A stretch of DNA of 14,615 bases, taken from the NCBI GenBank assembly GCA_965369865.1, contig CBDURU010000088.1, positions 1 to 14,615 of the forward strand. The letters run 5' to 3'. Shown one piece after another: positions 11,675 through 14,615 of this stretch. The stretch comes from an uncultured bacterium (GTDB lineage: Bacteria; JAJVIF01; JAPKYR01). Each line of letters opens with the position of its first letter. Within the stretch, counting starts at the first letter, position 1. Position numbers and translations under genes: made by a program. Under the pieces are notes generated by a model. The model was not told the DNA's origin. It saw nothing but the letters and a program-made list of their open reading frames with translations, and made no database searches.

Positions 11675-14615
11675 ATGACTTTTCATCCCAGATCTGTGGT
11701 ACTGGTAATTATTTTTTCCCTGTTGCTTTCAGGTTGTGCAGGCGGTGACGGTGCCCCAATATTACCATCCGATCCGGACAATTCGGATTCATCGGTTGAA
11801 CTGACTCCGGAATCCCGTACTGGTGGCTCGGTTGATAACAATCATTACTTGCTTTTTCTCAGCAACATTCTTATCGACGCGACTAACCCGGATGAAATCA
11901 GCTATGAAATCATTCCGGTACGCGCGGGGGAAATTCACCTCAATATTCTGAAATTACTCGAAGTCGGCCCATGCACTGACTGTTTCAAAATTGTTGGGTT
12001 TAGTTTTCCCGAACCGGGCGTGCTGGATGTTGACATCGAGATCACTCACCCGTTCAACGAGATCACTCATCCATTCGATTATTTGGATTTCTCCGTTTTC
12101 GATGTGCGCGGCATCATGATGTTCAACGGGTCCCATTTATTCCCCGTATCAGGGAAGTCAATTTCCGATCCGGCTCTCGGGGATGGCGCACTCCTTAACG
12201 CCGAGGGTTACACATCTCTTTATAACGGGTCGACATTCGGGCAGGCCGGCGATCTGATGACATATTTCCCCGGCAAACTATCAACTCCGACGATCCCAGA
12301 TGCTGACATAAATGGTTATATCCGTCATAACACAGAAACTACACGTAATGCATTCTTCGCTGGTGATTCAGTCACTCAAACTTACACGTTGAAAATGCCA
12401 ACGACCACGTTTGTATTCGGCTACGCGGTCGATGCGAACTGGGCGATTTCTTTGGTAACTCCTGTCGAAGATCCGATTGAGGATTTCCCTCCCGAAGCCA
12501 ACTGCCCCGAGCCATGGAAAATTAATGTTTTTCCACCAGGACCGGGCCTTACTGACGAGGGCGGTGAGGTTGTTCTGAAATTTAATGTGTATGATTATCT
12601 GGGGAAGATATCCCACTATGTTCCAGCAGTTGAATGTCCGGAGTTATTTAATGGTCAAATCTATGCTTCCTTCAAATCTGACGGGCCTGGTTATTCACAT
12701 TTCGAGGCTTCGGTGACGAACGAAAATCTGGCGCCGATAGGGACTTACAAATGTCTAGTAAGCGTTGAGGACAGTGAGAACGATCTTGTCGGCAAACCGT
12801 GGCTCGACTTGACGGCATACCAGATAGTAAATCTTGATGTTAATCCGTGCCAGCCGACGATAACAGTGCAGATTCCCAACGGTGGGGAGATCTGGGAGGT
12901 GGAAACCAGCCATGCGATTGAGTGGGACTGGACATGCGAGATTCCCTCTGTAGACATCTTGCTGTCAACTGATAGCGGGATTACCTGGCCCAACCAGCTC
13001 AATGTGGGTCCGGTACAAAACGGTGGAGATTGGCAATGGAGCAACATTCCGGCACAATATGATACTGACAAGGCCCGGATAAAGGTTGTATCGCACAACA
13101 ATGACGCTGTATATGGCGTAAGTGATGATGATTTTACGATAAGCAGTGACCCTGATGAAGACCCTATCGCTCAAGCTATTGCCGATCCGAACCCGCAGAC
13201 GGTGTGTGAAGATGTGCACTTCACTGATGACGGCTCTTATGATCCTGATGGTGGATTGATTCAGAAATATGAATGGGACTGGGATTATGAGGAATTATTA
13301 GGTTTCATACCGGATGAAGAAGGTGAGAATGCAGACCATAACTGGTATATTCCCGGAACATATAAAGTTCAGTTCCGTGTCACCGACGACGAGGGCGCGA
13401 CCGATACTCTCGATGAACCTTTGGAAATCATCATCGAAAATGCACTCCCGACCGCAGTGGCTGATGCGAGTACCTACAATGCCATAGTTGACGAGGTTAT
13501 CGACTTTGACGGATCAGATTCCCATGACAATGACTGTGACGGAGAAGAGATTGTCGAATGGGAATGGGACTGGGAAAATGATGGTGTTTATGATGATACT
13601 GGCGAGACGCAGAGCCATTCCTACCTAATAGAAGGTACTTACTACGTACAGCTCCGCGTGACAGATGATGAGGGCGCGACAGACAAGCTGGATGAACCTC
13701 TTGAGATTCAGGTGGTTGAAGACGGCGCACCCTGGGTCGAGTTGACCGTCTGCCCGGACACTACCGGCTCATCGTATACATTCCAATGGACAATGGGAGA
13801 CGATCTTACGAACCAGAATGATCTAAAGGTGGATATTGCCAAAGACGGTGACTGGGAACAGATTGGCAATGGTGATCTGAGTTACACCTGGAACGGAATC
13901 GAATGCGCGGGCAGGACTTTCAGAGTGCGTGTCACAGATTCCGCTGGACACTCGACTTTGTCTATAGAATGCTTATTCGACGGACCTGATAATGACCCTA
14001 CAGTCCAGATTATCGACTGCACGCCACCCGTCTTCCAATGGAGCATGAGTGACGATTGCACAGAAAATAATGATCTTTTAGTGGAAGTTTGCGAGGATGG
14101 AATCTGGAAATCAGTAGATCCCCCCGGGACAACAAGTTACAGCTGGGATCCCGATTGTCCCGATCATACATTTCAAGTAAGAGTCACAGATGGCAGTGGC
14201 CAGAAAACTACGTCCAATACCTGCCACTTTGATGGTGATGATGATTACCCGACAGTTTATATCACCGATTGTAACCCTCCGGTATTTAACTGGACTATGA
14301 GCGATGACTGTACATCAACTAACAGCCTTGGTGTGGAAGTTTATAAAGACGGATCATGGACAACAGTTTCTTCCGGATCAACCTCATACACCTGGGATCC
14401 CGATTGTTCCAACCATACATTTAGAGTAAGAATCACAGATGGTAGTGGCCAGAAAACTACGTCAAATACATGCTATTTCGATGGCGATGATAATTACCCG
14501 ACAGTCAATCTCTATGACTGTAACCCACCGGTATTTAACTGGACAATGGGTGATGACTGCACATCAACTAACAGCCTTGGTGTGGAAGTTTATAAAGACG
14601 GATCATGGACAACAG
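11675..14615 (+). CDS. Very large surface lipoprotein, 3'-truncated by the window end (>980 aa): shared N-terminal domain + Ig-like domain + 2 PKD + Cys-patterned tandem repeats
   Basis: Absent from the ORF track because no stop occurs. Hand translation from ATG 11675 (AGGAGG 8 nt upstream) is open to the end: MTFHPRSVVLVIIFSLLLSG|C...PVRAGEIHLNILKLLEVGPCTDCF...FDVRGIMMF...FGYAVDANW...ANCPEPW...PWLDLTAYQ; PNGGEIW...ARIKV...SDDDFTI (~12854-13144); PKD1 ~13157-13441; PKD2 ~13442-13720; repeats from 13721. Confidence 0.9.
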   Translation, partial: MTFHPRSVVLVIIFSLLLSGCAGGDGAPILPSDPDNSDSSVELTPESRTGGSVDNNHYLLFLSNILIDATNPDEISYEIIPVRAGEIHLNILKLLEVGPCTDCFKIVGFSFPEPGVLDVDIEITHPFNEITHPFDYLDFSVFDVRGIMMFNGSHLFPVSGKSISDPALGDGALLNAEGYTSLYNGSTFGQAGDLMTYFPGKLSTPTIPDADINGYIRHNTETTRNAFFAGDSVTQTYTLKMPTTTFVFGYAVDANWAISLVTPVEDPIEDFPPEANCPEPWKINVFPPGPGLTDEGGEVVLKFNVYDYLGKISHYVPAVECPELFNGQIYASFKSDGPGYSHFEASVTNENLAPIGTYKCLVSVEDSENDLVGKPWLDLTAYQIVNLDVNPCQPTITVQIPNGGEIWEVETSHAIEWDWTCEIPSVDILLSTDSGITWPNQLNVGPVQNGGDWQWSNIPAQYDTDKARIKVVSHNNDAVYGVSDDDFTISSDPDEDPIAQAIADPNPQTVCEDVHFTDDGSYDPDGGLIQKYEWDWDYEELLGFIPDEEGENADHNWYIPGTYKVQFRVTDDEGATDTLDEPLEIIIENALPTAVADASTYNAIVDEVIDFDGSDSHDNDCDGEEIVEWEWDWENDGVYDDTGETQSHSYLIEGTYYVQLRVTDDEGATDKLDEPLEIQVVEDGAPWVELTVCPDTTGSSYTFQWTMGDDLTNQNDLKVDIAKDGDWEQIGNGDLSYTWNGIECAGRTFRVRVTDSAGHSTLSIECLFDGPDNDPTVQIIDCTPPVFQWSMSDDCTENNDLLVEVCEDGIWKSVDPPGTTSYSWDPDCPDHTFQVRVTDGSGQKTTSNTCHFDGDDDYPTVYITDCNPPVFNWTMSDDCTSTNSLGVEVYKDGSWTTVSSGSTSYTWDPDCSNHTFRVRITDGSGQKTTSNTCYFDGDDNYPTVNLYDCNPPVFNWTMGDDCTSTNSLGVEVYKDGSWTT
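12038..12079 (+). repeat. In-frame imperfect 21-bp tandem duplication (EITHPFN-EITHPFD)
   Basis: gagatcactcacccgttcaac (12038-12058) followed by gagatcactcatccattcgat (12059-12079); the two paralogs have a single I.HPF. Confidence 0.8.
13721..14615 (+). repeat. Intragenic tandem repeats of an ~83-89-aa Cys/Trp-containing beta-rich domain (3 complete units + 1 partial)
   Basis: Units start at 13721, 13988, 14240 and 14489 (last period 249 bp); consensus D.PTV...DC.PPVF.W.M.DDCT....L.VEV.KDG.W.......SY.WDPDC..HTF.VR.TDGSGQKTTSNTC.FDG. 14312-14366 is identical to 14561-14615. Confidence 0.9.

Noticed and set aside
454..13730. Short overlapping ORFs in the track (e.g. 454-660, 2713-3072, 4687-5076, 6806-7276, 9384-9839, 12745-13101)
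   Set aside because: They lie antisense or out of frame within well-supported genes and show no recognisable motifs; treated as shadow ORFs.
11675..14615. Region as non-coding or pseudogene because the ORF track shows only short minus-strand ORFs
   Set aside because: Hand translation from 11675 is open with no stop to the window end and is clearly paralogous to 8757-11576.
13721..14615. Near-identical repeats as a diversity-generating retroelement TR/VR pair
   Set aside because: The repeats are in-frame tandem protein domains, differences are not confined to adenines, and no reverse transcriptase is present.

Overview
Bacterial chromosomal window with GC-balanced coding regions and AT-rich intergenic spacers; it carries seven protein-coding genes. 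Five encode predicted lipoproteins. Three of these (84-1268, 8757-11576 and 11675->14615, the last missing from the ORF track because it has no stop in the window) share a ~350-aa N-terminal domain I cannot assign to a named family. That domain stands alone in the first gene, carries PKD + a 7-bladed beta-propeller in the second, and carries an Ig-like domain + 2 PKD + Cys-patterned ~83-aa tandem repeats in the third. The other two lipoproteins form a minus-strand operon: an S8 subtilisin-like protease with an atypical active-site context and a TPR protein. The window also encodes pyruvate kinase, bracketed on both sides by the same GTAG-type REP doublet (REPIN-like), and a divergent sigma-54 (RpoN) with a CxxC-x9-CxxC zinc-ribbon insert and an altered RpoN box. 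Several good sigma-70-type promoters, intrinsic terminators and a structured 5' leader are visible. No rRNA, tRNA, CRISPR array or transposase was seen. Both window ends fall on repeats, consistent with assembly breaks.
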